Shown here: positions 25,819 to 34,626 of the stretch, piece after piece
How the letters are laid out: every line of letters starts with the position of its first letter
How positions within the stretch are numbered: position 1 is the first letter of the stretch
Assembly: GCA_945863965.1 (NCBI GenBank)
Contig: CAMBBZ010000002.1
Location: forward strand, 1-49,472
Source of the DNA: Chitinophaga pinensis
GTDB taxonomy: Bacteria > Bacteroidota > Bacteroidia > NS11-12g > UBA955
Direction of reading: 5' to 3'
DNA: 49,472 nt
Position numbers and translations under genes: made by a program
The notes under the pieces: model-generated
The model's input: only the letters and a program-made list of their open reading frames with translations
The model's database searches: none
What the model was told of the DNA's origin: nothing

Positions 25819-26342
25819 TGCGCAAACTCCCTCCACCAGTGCACATCATTGGAAGCATCACTTCCAAACACGGGTACAAGGGAACCATACACATTCGCTG
25901 GGAAGATGAAGATCTTATCCCAGAAGAAGGGGATTTCCTTTTTGTCGTTATCGACCAAAAGGGAGTCCCCTTTCGAATTTTAAAAATGAATGGAACCGCA
26001 GAGCTCGTTGACCTAGAATTCATTGATTCCGATGAAAAAGCCAAAGAAATTATTGGCAAACCCGTCGGACTCGATCAATCTCTTATCCCTGAAAATCACT
26101 TCCATACCGCCTTAGAACACTTTAGCCTACAAGATTCTAGAAGCTCGTTCACAGGCGTCATTACCAAAATGCTCGAATACCCCGGACAGCTCATGCTGCA
26201 CGTGTCTTGCAATAATCGCGAATATTTAATTCCCTATGTGGAAGAATGGATTCGGGAAACCAATATTAAAACCCGAACTTTGATTATGGATTTGCCCGAA
26301 GGATTGATTGACTCGGACACCCAGAGTACCCATGAGGATTGA
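25818..26342 (+). CDS. rimM: 16S rRNA processing protein RimM
   Basis: Sits between rpsP and trmD. It has the GSITSKHGYKGTI motif and a PRC-barrel-sized C-terminus. Its start overlaps the rpsP stop (TAATG). Confidence 0.85.
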   Translation: MRKLPPPVHIIGSITSKHGYKGTIHIRWEDEDLIPEEGDFLFVVIDQKGVPFRILKMNGTAELVDLEFIDSDEKAKEIIGKPVGLDQSLIPENHFHTALEHFSLQDSRSSFTGVITKMLEYPGQLMLHVSCNNREYLIPYVEEWIRETNIKTRTLIMDLPEGLIDSDTQSTHED

Positions 26343-27015
26343 TATCATCAGCGCCGTTCCCGAATTGCTCGTTGGTCCCTTAAACCACAGCATTCCTAAA
26401 AGAGCCCAAGATAAAGGCCTTTTGCAACTACATATTCATAACCTACACGAATATGGTCTCGGCAAATACAAACAAATAGACGATTATCCCTTTGGAGGCG
26501 GTGCCGGTATGGTGCTAAAACCAGAGCCCCTTGCTGCCGTTATAGAAATGCTGCAAGCCCAAAGATCCTACCAACATATCATTTATACCAGTCCCGATGG
26601 ACTCCATCTGAACCAATCGACTGCTAATCAGCTGTCTTTATTGGAGAATATCATCATCATTTGCGGACATTACAAAGGCATTGACCATCGCATACGCGAT
26701 GAATATGTAACCCTAGAAATTTCACTAGGAGATTTCGTATTGAGCGGCGGAGAAATTGCAGCTTGTGCTATTACCGATGCAATCGTGCGTTTATTGCCCG
26801 GCGTAATTGGCAACGAAGAAAGTGCCCTCAACGACTCCTTCCAAGATCAATTATTGGCACCCCCCCTCTATACCCGTCCTGAAGTTTTTCACGACAGGCG
26901 CGTGCCGGAAATATTGCTTAGCGGCAATCACAGTAAAATTGAAAACTGGCGATTAGAGCAATCTATCGAACGTACCCAACTATTAAGACCCGACTTACTC
27001 AATCCAAACGAATGA
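26332..27015 (+). CDS. trmD: tRNA (guanine37-N1)-methyltransferase
   Basis: MRIDIISAVPELL…DDYPFGGGAGMVL…CGHYKGIDHR…SLGDFVLSGGE. I prefer the Met at 26332 over 26308. Confidence 0.93.
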   Translation: MRIDIISAVPELLVGPLNHSIPKRAQDKGLLQLHIHNLHEYGLGKYKQIDDYPFGGGAGMVLKPEPLAAVIEMLQAQRSYQHIIYTSPDGLHLNQSTANQLSLLENIIIICGHYKGIDHRIRDEYVTLEISLGDFVLSGGEIAACAITDAIVRLLPGVIGNEESALNDSFQDQLLAPPLYTRPEVFHDRRVPEILLSGNHSKIENWRLEQSIERTQLLRPDLLNPNE

Positions 27016-27779
27016 ATCTAACCCTTACACGTCCCCTCGTAGTTTTCGATATAGAAACCACCGGCATCAACACCCAGCGCGATCGTATCGTTGAAATTAG
27101 TATGCTCAAAGCGTTTCCCAATGGCGACGAAGAATTGCGCACCTATCGGATCAATCCCACCATTCCCATCCCAAAAGACGCCAGTCAGATACACGGAATT
27201 TATGATACCGACGTTGCCGATAAACCCACCTTTAAAGAACTGGCCAAAGAAATTGAACACTTCGTACATTTATGCGATTTCGGGGGCTTCAATTCCAATA
27301 AGTTCGACTTCCCATTATTAGTTGAAGAGTTTTACAGGGCCGAAATTGAAATTGATATCGACAACCGAAAGTTCATCGATGTTCAACGCATTTTTCACAC
27401 GATGGAACCCCGGAATTTATCGGCCGCCTATCAATTTTACTGCAATCAAACTCTGGAAGATGCGCATTCTGCAGAAGCCGATACCATTGCCACTTGGAAT
27501 ATCCTCAAAGCCCAATTGGATCGATATCCCCAATTACCTAAAGATGTGAAAGGCCTCCACGAATTTTCGGGACAAGGCAATAATGTGGATTTAGCCGGAA
27601 GATTGGTTTACGATAAGAATAAAGTCGCGGTTTTCAATTTCGGAAAACACCGCGGAAAGCCTGTAGAATGGGTCCTCAAGCAAGAACCTAGCTACTACAA
27701 CTGGATGATGGACGGCGATTTTCCCCAGCAAACCAAACGGGTACTCACCCGCATACGTTTACAAATGATGAAACACTAA
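27012..27779 (+). CDS. DEDD-family 3'-5' exonuclease (DnaQ/epsilon-like)
   Basis: ExoI VVFDIETTG, ExoII FNSNKFDFPLL and ExoIII HSAEADT. The start overlaps the trmD stop (ATGA). Confidence 0.8.
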   Translation: MNLTLTRPLVVFDIETTGINTQRDRIVEISMLKAFPNGDEELRTYRINPTIPIPKDASQIHGIYDTDVADKPTFKELAKEIEHFVHLCDFGGFNSNKFDFPLLVEEFYRAEIEIDIDNRKFIDVQRIFHTMEPRNLSAAYQFYCNQTLEDAHSAEADTIATWNILKAQLDRYPQLPKDVKGLHEFSGQGNNVDLAGRLVYDKNKVAVFNFGKHRGKPVEWVLKQEPSYYNWMMDGDFPQQTKRVLTRIRLQMMKH

Positions 27780-28480
27780 TGAAGCCCGCCCCCATTACCA
27801 TTATAGAAGAAACCAACGATTGGGTTTGTGTATACAAACCCCCTTATGTACCTAGCATGCCCGAAAGAGGCAAATACACCGCGCAACCCGTAATTGAGTG
27901 GGCCCAAAATCGATACGAAACCGCTATTTTATGCCACCGGATTGACCGCGAAACATCGGGGATAATGATTTTGGCGAAAACCCCTGAAGCCCATCGGCAT
28001 ATTTCAATGCAGTTCGAGCATCGCCAAATTGAAAAACGCTATCATGCCCTTGTAGATGGACCTGTAAACTTCGATAATTTCGAGGTAGATTTACCCATCA
28101 ATACCAACGATTTAAACCATATCCGCATCGATAGGAAAAATGGGAAACAAGCCCTCACCCGTTTTCATACATTGCACGAATACAAACACTTTAGTTTAAT
28201 TGAGTGTATGCCCAAAACCGGTCGTTTGCACCAGATTCGGGTGCATCTGGCCTCGCAAAATGCCAAAATTGCCGGAGATATTTTATACGGAAGTCAAATC
28301 CCCATGCTCAGCAAAATCAAACGCAAGCTTTCCGGAGAAGACAGACCCCTTATCGAGCGGTTTGCATTGCATGCCTATCAATTGGGATTCGCCGATCTTA
28401 ATGGCGATATGAAAACCATCACCGCACCCTATGCCAAAGATTTTGATGTATTTGTAAAATTGCTCAATAAATACGATTAG
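27779..28480 (+). CDS. RluA-family pseudouridine synthase
   Basis: Catalytic motif HRIDRETSGIMILAK plus the KTGRLHQIRVHL motif. There is no S4 domain. The start overlaps the previous stop (TAATG). Confidence 0.85.
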   Translation: MKPAPITIIEETNDWVCVYKPPYVPSMPERGKYTAQPVIEWAQNRYETAILCHRIDRETSGIMILAKTPEAHRHISMQFEHRQIEKRYHALVDGPVNFDNFEVDLPINTNDLNHIRIDRKNGKQALTRFHTLHEYKHFSLIECMPKTGRLHQIRVHLASQNAKIAGDILYGSQIPMLSKIKRKLSGEDRPLIERFALHAYQLGFADLNGDMKTITAPYAKDFDVFVKLLNKYD

Positions 28481-28499
28481 GCCTGGGCGAAGGGTGTTT

Positions 28500-29036
28500 T
28501 TAAAAGGTGTTCTTCCACATCATGCTTTCGACCGGCCGATTCGGCTGTCCGCTGTATTTGGCGTTCTTCTTAGTGTTGTAAGGAACCAATATTTCACCGT
28601 CAACCGGGAAGTAAATCAACTGTCCGATAGGCATTCCTGCATATACCCGCACAGGCATTTTAACGGATATTTCGAGCGTCCAATTGCCACAAAATCCAAC
28701 ATCACCTTTCCCTGCGGTAGCGTGAATGTCGATTCCCAATCGACCCGTACTGCTTTTACCTTCTAAAAAAGGCACATGCGCATGCGTTTCGGTGTATTCT
28801 AAGGTAACCCCCAAATACAGGGTATCGGGTTGCAAAACAAATCCGCCCTCCTGTATTTCAAAATGACGAATCGTATTATGCAATTTAGCATCGAGTTCCG
28901 CGGCTTCATAAACCGCCAAATGGGCTCCTAAATGTACGTCGTAGCTGTTACTACCTAACGCATTTCGATCGTAGGGCGCAATTACAATATTGCCCTTTTC
29001 TATTTCTTCTAGGATTCGAGAATCGCTCAAAATCAT
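28500..29036 (-). CDS. dcd: dCTP deaminase
   Basis: MILSDSRILEEIEKG…, SSTGRLGI, and the size (178 aa) are typical of Dcd. Confidence 0.88.
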   Translation of the reverse strand: MILSDSRILEEIEKGNIVIAPYDRNALGSNSYDVHLGAHLAVYEAAELDAKLHNTIRHFEIQEGGFVLQPDTLYLGVTLEYTETHAHVPFLEGKSSTGRLGIDIHATAGKGDVGFCGNWTLEISVKMPVRVYAGMPIGQLIYFPVDGEILVPYNTKKNAKYSGQPNRPVESMMWKNTF

Positions 29037-29078
29037 TCCACAAAGATAGTGGAATTGAATAATTTGCGTGGGCCTAAT

Positions 29079-30017
29079 TTATCTGCCCAATTCCAAATAG
29101 GCAGGACGTATGGGTAACTGCGGCGGGCGGAAATCAGCAATTCTCTGAATAAAACTAACACTGGGCATGGGCAAAACAAAAACATTATTGAGCTTACGAA
29201 CCTCCCCAAAAGGGCCTTGTTCCTCGTACGTACCACCCCAATTGGCAAAGTACATAAGTCCAAAAGACCAGCTTTTATTACTGTTTTTGGTACTGATCAA
29301 CCGCAACTGCAAGTTGGCGTACAAGGTGTGTCGATCCATCAATTTATTTACGTATTTGATTTTATACGGACTTCCCAAAGGATTGGTCGGATCTTGTAAT
29401 TGGGGCTTACCCGCGCCGTCCAATACCCACGCCGATACGCCTTTTTGTTCTTGATATCCATTTGAATACCAAAATTCCCCCATCACATAAATTCCTTTTG
29501 TCAGTTTTTTACAGCCGCCCAATTGAAGGAACAAATTACTAGAGGGCAACAAATTGGTGGTTAATAAACCGATGGCGACAGTCGCATGGTTGTCTGAAGT
29601 GCCATACGTATATCCCCCGTACAATAAATTGGCGCTAAAGGCCGCATCACCATCTAGAAACAAACTGCTGGCCATAACATCCCCAATTACCAAGCGCTGC
29701 AAAGGAGCCACTTCTTTGGTATATTGCGGGGCGATGTAAGCATAAAAGGGAAGCACTAAGCCGGCAGAAACCGAAAAATCGTTTAATAGTCCATACTGCA
29801 CATCGTTGAGCAACCCATTGAGATTTTGGTATTGCAATGTTTTTTTCTCTACGGGGAAGCCCGATTGCATGAAAATATACCTTCCGCCAATAAGCTTCCT
29901 TTCCTCAAATGTATCTTCCGTGCTGTCTGCTAACGCTTTCGTATCAAGTGGCCGCTGTGCGTTTAGAGAATTTCCCCAAAGAAGCAAAATAAGCCCAGCC
30001 GAACGTAATAGAAGCAT
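29079..30017 (-). CDS. Hypothetical secreted, beta-rich protein (possible outer-membrane protein)
   Basis: Signal peptide MLLLRSAGLILLLWGNSLNAQ. Gly/Tyr/aromatic-rich alternating segments. No named family recognised. Confidence 0.55.
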   Translation of the reverse strand: MLLLRSAGLILLLWGNSLNAQRPLDTKALADSTEDTFEERKLIGGRYIFMQSGFPVEKKTLQYQNLNGLLNDVQYGLLNDFSVSAGLVLPFYAYIAPQYTKEVAPLQRLVIGDVMASSLFLDGDAAFSANLLYGGYTYGTSDNHATVAIGLLTTNLLPSSNLFLQLGGCKKLTKGIYVMGEFWYSNGYQEQKGVSAWVLDGAGKPQLQDPTNPLGSPYKIKYVNKLMDRHTLYANLQLRLISTKNSNKSWSFGLMYFANWGGTYEEQGPFGEVRKLNNVFVLPMPSVSFIQRIADFRPPQLPIRPAYLELGR

Positions 30018-30043
30018 GGCTTCAAAGTTACAAACTTTGTGAA

Positions 30044-30925
30044 TTATTTAGCCACCATAAGTTTCCAACAGCGCACCGAAGCGTCGTCGGATACAGAAAT
30101 AAATATTTCTGTGTCGAGCCATAGTATATCATTGACCGAGCTTTTATGGCCGTTTTCATGATCGGGGAAAATACTCCCCAGAGGCTCTAGGGTTTTAACA
30201 TCCCACAACCGAATGCTTTTATCCATGCTGCCCGTAGCCAAAATGCGCAAGTCGGGCGACAGGGCTAAGCCGTGAATGCTATACCAATGGGCATCTTGAA
30301 TATTGTGATCGAGAAACAGGTGATTCCAGCGGTGCAACTTGGCATCGCGCCCAACGGCAAAAACCCAATCTGGTGTATGCACTAATTTGAACCAAGAGGC
30401 GTCTCCCAAGCGATGTGAAGCGCGCAGGTCGAGGTCGATAGTTAGTTCCCACATGCGGCCTTCGCTCCCTGTAAACCACCAATTATCACCTACTTTATTG
30501 CCCCACCTGAGCGATTGTGTAGAAAGTTTAATACGTTTTTTTATCGTTCCTTGGGAATCCCAAGCGGCCACATCGCCCTTCTCAGAACAACTCAGGTAAA
30601 ATCCCTGGCCTGCACCCACCCAAAAAACAGAACCTTCGTGAATTTTTACAATTTTTGGCGACTGATTTTTTTGCAATATGTACACATTGCCGTATTGACC
30701 TCCGGCCAAGATTCGATCGGCTGGCAAATCGTAATACATGGAAAATACGGCTTCGGGGACCCGCGCAAATACAACTCCGTCATCGCTATTGGGGTCTTCC
30801 CAGTGCACAATAAATCCATCGCTACCGGCTGTAAAAAAACCGGAATGACCGTCGGAGATCACACAATACACGGATTGTTTATGACCTTTGAATTCCCGTT
30901 GGTGGAAAATGGCTACTTTTGACAT
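30044..30925 (-). CDS. WD40-repeat beta-propeller protein
   Basis: Repeated GH…WD-type units (GHKQSVYCV, SIRLWDV, DASVRCWKL). Confidence 0.75.
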   Translation of the reverse strand: MSKVAIFHQREFKGHKQSVYCVISDGHSGFFTAGSDGFIVHWEDPNSDDGVVFARVPEAVFSMYYDLPADRILAGGQYGNVYILQKNQSPKIVKIHEGSVFWVGAGQGFYLSCSEKGDVAAWDSQGTIKKRIKLSTQSLRWGNKVGDNWWFTGSEGRMWELTIDLDLRASHRLGDASWFKLVHTPDWVFAVGRDAKLHRWNHLFLDHNIQDAHWYSIHGLALSPDLRILATGSMDKSIRLWDVKTLEPLGSIFPDHENGHKSSVNDILWLDTEIFISVSDDASVRCWKLMVAK

Positions 30926-31519
30926 ATGTCTTGGTTACACGAATGGCAAGATTTACAAGGAACACGGTTGTTCTTGGGTCCTCTAAATCATGAGATACAA
31001 ATTTACGACTTAGACCCCTCAATATCGACCTCTCGCAGTCGAGAAAAATTCGCGTTACAACGCATTATCGACGACAAGTATCCAGAATTGGTTATAACCA
31101 AAGACGTTCACGGAAAACCGTACTTCCCCCAAAAAGAATTACACATTAATTACAGTCATTCCGCCACCCATCTGTTTTGGGGGGAGCACGAAAAATATGC
31201 GCTTGGCGTTGACGTAGAAATAGCGCGTATTCAGTTGCAGCGCGTGGCGCATAAATATTGCAATGAAACCGAGTTGAACTACACAGATAATGGCGTGAAC
31301 ACAGCACTTTTAGTGGCTATATGGTCGGCCAAAGAGGCTATGTTTAAAGCCTATGGCAAAGGGGCCATCGACTTCAGGACTGACATGCAAATTTCGCCAT
31401 TCACGGTTCAAGAAGAAGGCACCTTGATTGGCTTTTTCGGGGCGGGAATTAATGTAAGTTTAAACATTTCCTATCGCAGATTCAACAATATGATTTGTAC
31501 ATGGGTATTATGGGTCTGA
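30926..31519 (+). CDS. 4'-phosphopantetheinyl transferase (Sfp-type)
   Basis: GVDVE and WSAKEAMFKAYGKG motifs with an Sfp-like two-half layout. Confidence 0.75.
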   Translation: MSWLHEWQDLQGTRLFLGPLNHEIQIYDLDPSISTSRSREKFALQRIIDDKYPELVITKDVHGKPYFPQKELHINYSHSATHLFWGEHEKYALGVDVEIARIQLQRVAHKYCNETELNYTDNGVNTALLVAIWSAKEAMFKAYGKGAIDFRTDMQISPFTVQEEGTLIGFFGAGINVSLNISYRRFNNMICTWVLWV

Positions 31520-31547
31520 AGGGGGCGTAAACGGGCGGTTATTTGAC

Positions 31548-31555
31548 TATATTTG
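31548..31555 (+). promoter_or_regulatory. Putative Bacteroidota -7 box for lepA
   Basis: TATATTTG lies 16 nt upstream of the lepA ATG, which implies a very short leader. Confidence 0.4.
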
Positions 31556-31570
31556 CACTCGTTATAACGT

Positions 31571-33361
31571 ATGAAAAACATCCGCAATTTTTGCATCATT
31601 GCCCATATTGATCACGGCAAAAGTACGCTTGCCGACCGCTTGTTGGAGTATACCAAAACTATCGATAAGCGTCAGATGCAAGCCCAGTTGCTCGATGACA
31701 TGGATTTGGAGCGCGAACGCGGTATCACCATTAAAAGTCATGCCATTCAAATGGAATATGAACTTGATGGTGAGAAGTATATCCTTAATTTAATTGACAC
31801 CCCCGGTCACGTCGATTTCAGTTACGAAGTGAGTCGCTCTATTGCGGCCTGTGAAGGGGCTTTATTAATCGTAGATGCGGCACAAGGTATTGAAGCCCAA
31901 ACGATCAGTAATTTATTCATGGCTTTGGACCATGGTTTGGAAATTATTCCGGTTTTGAATAAGATTGACCTACCCGGTGCCATGCAGGAAGAGGTTAAGG
32001 ATGAAATCGTAGAACTGTTGGGTTGTGAACGCGATGCCATTATACCGGCAAGTGGTAAAACGGGATTGGGCGTATTTGATATTTTACGGGCTATTATTGA
32101 ACGTGTTCCGGCTCCAAAAGGAGATCCTACCGCTCCCTTTAAAGCCCTTATTTTTGATTCCGTGTTTAATTCCTTTCGCGGCATCATTGCGTATTTCCGC
32201 GTAATCGATGGCGAAATCAGAAAAGGACAGCACGTGAAATTCATGAATACCGGCATGGATTATCGGGCCGATGAAATTGGCGTATTGAAATTAACACCAA
32301 CTCCCAAAGACGTAGTAAGAGCGGGTGATGTAGGTTTTATTATTTCTGGAATAAAAGAAGCCAAAGAAGTTAAAGTGGGCGATACCATCACCGACTTTAA
32401 CAATCCGGCACTCCAATCCATTCAAGGTTTCGAAGAAGTAAAACCGATGGTATTTGCGGGCTTATATCCTGTCGATACCGAAGATTACGAAGATTTGCGC
32501 GATGCCATGGGCAAACTGCAATTAAACGATGCCAGTATTGTCTTTGAACCCGAAAGTTCAGCAGCTTTGGGTTTCGGATTCCGCTGCGGTTTCTTGGGTA
32601 TGTTGCATTTAGAAATCATTCAAGAACGTTTGGAACGCGAATTCAATATGACCGTTATTACCACCGTTCCCAACGTGAGCTATATTGCCTATACCACGAA
32701 AGGCGAAGTGCTTCCCGTTAATAACCCCAGCGACTTACCCTCGCCGGATAAGATTAAATTTGTGGAAGAACCTTATATAAGTGCGTCTATAATAACCAAA
32801 TCAGACTGGGTTGGTCCCGTGATGAGTTTGTGTTTAGACAAGCGTGGTATATTGAAGAACCAAGTATATTTGACTTCCGACCGGGTAGAATTAAGTTTTG
32901 AAATGCCCTTGGCGGAAATTGTTTTTGACTTTTACGATCGATTGAAAACCATATCCAGAGGCTATGCCAGTTTTGATTACTCCCCTATAGGATTTAAAGA
33001 ATCGCACCTCGTAAAAATGGATATCATGCTTAATGCCAATCAAGTCGATGCATTAAGTGCTATTATACACCGCGACAGTGCGTTCGATTTAGGGAAAAAG
33101 ATTTGCAAAAAACTCAAGGAGCTAATTCCAAAACAACAATTTGAAATTGCCATTCAAGCGGGTATTGGCGCAAAAATTATTGCTCGAGAAACGATTTCTG
33201 CCCTTCGTAAAGACGTGACTGCCAAGTGTTATGGTGGTGATATTTCTAGAAAGCGTAAATTGTTAGAAAAGCAAAAAGCGGGTAAAAAACGCATGAGATC
33301 GGTAGGAAACGTAGACATTCCTCAGAGTGCCTTCATGGCTGTATTAAAGCTCAACGACTAG
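31571..33361 (+). CDS. lepA: Elongation factor 4 (LepA)
   Basis: [35 protein letters not shown] and the LepA-specific C-terminal domain (…[24 protein letters not shown]). Confidence 0.96.
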   Translation: MKNIRNFCIIAHIDHGKSTLADRLLEYTKTIDKRQMQAQLLDDMDLERERGITIKSHAIQMEYELDGEKYILNLIDTPGHVDFSYEVSRSIAACEGALLIVDAAQGIEAQTISNLFMALDHGLEIIPVLNKIDLPGAMQEEVKDEIVELLGCERDAIIPASGKTGLGVFDILRAIIERVPAPKGDPTAPFKALIFDSVFNSFRGIIAYFRVIDGEIRKGQHVKFMNTGMDYRADEIGVLKLTPTPKDVVRAGDVGFIISGIKEAKEVKVGDTITDFNNPALQSIQGFEEVKPMVFAGLYPVDTEDYEDLRDAMGKLQLNDASIVFEPESSAALGFGFRCGFLGMLHLEIIQERLEREFNMTVITTVPNVSYIAYTTKGEVLPVNNPSDLPSPDKIKFVEEPYISASIITKSDWVGPVMSLCLDKRGILKNQVYLTSDRVELSFEMPLAEIVFDFYDRLKTISRGYASFDYSPIGFKESHLVKMDIMLNANQVDALSAIIHRDSAFDLGKKICKKLKELIPKQQFEIAIQAGIGAKIIARETISALRKDVTAKCYGGDISRKRKLLEKQKAGKKRMRSVGNVDIPQSAFMAVLKLND

Positions 33362-33386
33362 TAACTTTGGGAGAAATAAGCTCCCA

Positions 33387-34490
33387 ATGAACGAAAATTA
33401 CGCGCTATTGCTCCTAGGCCGATGCAAAGGTATCGGTCCCATTCACGCCAAAAACGCACTCAACTATTACGGAACGGCTGCCCAAATTTTTGCCCAACCT
33501 GGCATCGATTTGTCTCAGTCATGCGGTTGGAATGCGGCTCAAGTAGCAGAATTCAAAAGCGCCCCCACCCAATACGGCTCGCTCGTATCGCGTGATATGG
33601 CGTTTCTAGAATCGCACCACATTCAACTACTCCCCTACTATAAAGACAGTTATCCCCTGCGACTCAAGCAAATAATAGATGCGCCAATCTGTCTTTATTA
33701 TAAAGGGAAACCCGCCCTTAATCCTTCGCGTACCTTGGCCATTGTGGGTACCCGCAAACCCAGCGCACACAGCCTATTTTTAACCCAACAACTAGTGGAG
33801 CATGCCCAACAATACGGCGTACAAATCATTAGCGGTCTTGCTTATGGGATAGACATTACGGCGCACCGGTGTGCATTGAAACAACATATTTCCACAGTGG
33901 GCGTTCTGGCCCATGGATTGGATCAAATGTATCCTAAAGCCCACCTACAAACAGCTGTTGACATGCAAAAAGAGGGGGGAATACTTACAGAAATGCCCTT
34001 ATTTTCGGCCTTGCACCCCGATTTGTTTCCCAGAAGAAATCGACTGATTGCCGGCATGAGCGATGCGGTTTTGGTTATCGAAAGTAAACGCATTGGCGGC
34101 AGTATGTCGACCGCCCAAATAGCCCGCAGCTACGATCGAGATGTTTTTGCTTTTCCTGGCAATCCAGCCCAGGGACATAATTCAGGTTGCAATGCCCTGA
34201 TTAAACGCCAAGTGGCTGAGCTTGTTGAAGACTTTAGTGACATTGTCAAGGCCATGAATTGGCAAGACCTACAGCCGGGTAAATCGAAGACGCAAACCGA
34301 CCTATTTCCGCAGTTTAGCCCCGATGAACAAACTTTCTTGCAAGCCCTAACGGGAAAGCGATTGCACATCGATGAACTGATACAGTTTTCAGGGCTACCC
34401 CTACATAAAATAACGTTGTGCGCCTTGGAGTTGGAACTTAAGGGGGCGGTAAAAGTGCTACCCGGTAAATTTTATCAGCGCATTGTGTAG
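33387..34490 (+). CDS. dprA: DNA-processing protein DprA (Smf)
   Basis: Rossmann-like DprA core (IVGTRKPS…SGLAYGIDITAHR…FPRRNRLIAG…VIES) and a C-terminal winged-helix region. Confidence 0.9.
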   Translation: MNENYALLLLGRCKGIGPIHAKNALNYYGTAAQIFAQPGIDLSQSCGWNAAQVAEFKSAPTQYGSLVSRDMAFLESHHIQLLPYYKDSYPLRLKQIIDAPICLYYKGKPALNPSRTLAIVGTRKPSAHSLFLTQQLVEHAQQYGVQIISGLAYGIDITAHRCALKQHISTVGVLAHGLDQMYPKAHLQTAVDMQKEGGILTEMPLFSALHPDLFPRRNRLIAGMSDAVLVIESKRIGGSMSTAQIARSYDRDVFAFPGNPAQGHNSGCNALIKRQVAELVEDFSDIVKAMNWQDLQPGKSKTQTDLFPQFSPDEQTFLQALTGKRLHIDELIQFSGLPLHKITLCALELELKGAVKVLPGKFYQRIV

Positions 34491-34562
34491 CAAAGGGGAG
34501 GTTCGTTAACCAAGAATAAAAGACTGAATAACCTGCAACGGTTATTCCTATAGATTTCTGTT

Positions 34563-34598
34563 AAAAAAAAATCTGGCTGTTGGATATAACAGCCAGAT
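34563..34598 (-). terminator. Rho-independent terminator downstream of yidC
   Basis: Perfect 11-bp stem: atctggctgtt (34571-34581) pairs with aacagccagat (34588-34598). The loop is 6 nt. The 8-nt A-run at 34563-34570 reads as a T-run on the minus strand. Confidence 0.65.
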
Positions 34599-34626
34599 TA
34601 GATTGGAAATATAAAAAGTGGTTGGT

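Noticed and set aside
30515-30922. 135-aa antisense ORF within the WD40 gene, plus similar shadow ORFs (8553..8960, 31822..32256, 35108..35488, 35522..35902, 38508..38924, 41911..42291)
   Set aside because: All lie wholly inside longer ORFs on the opposite strand that carry clear family motifs. Their translations are low-complexity or Cys/Arg/Ser-rich and have no motifs.
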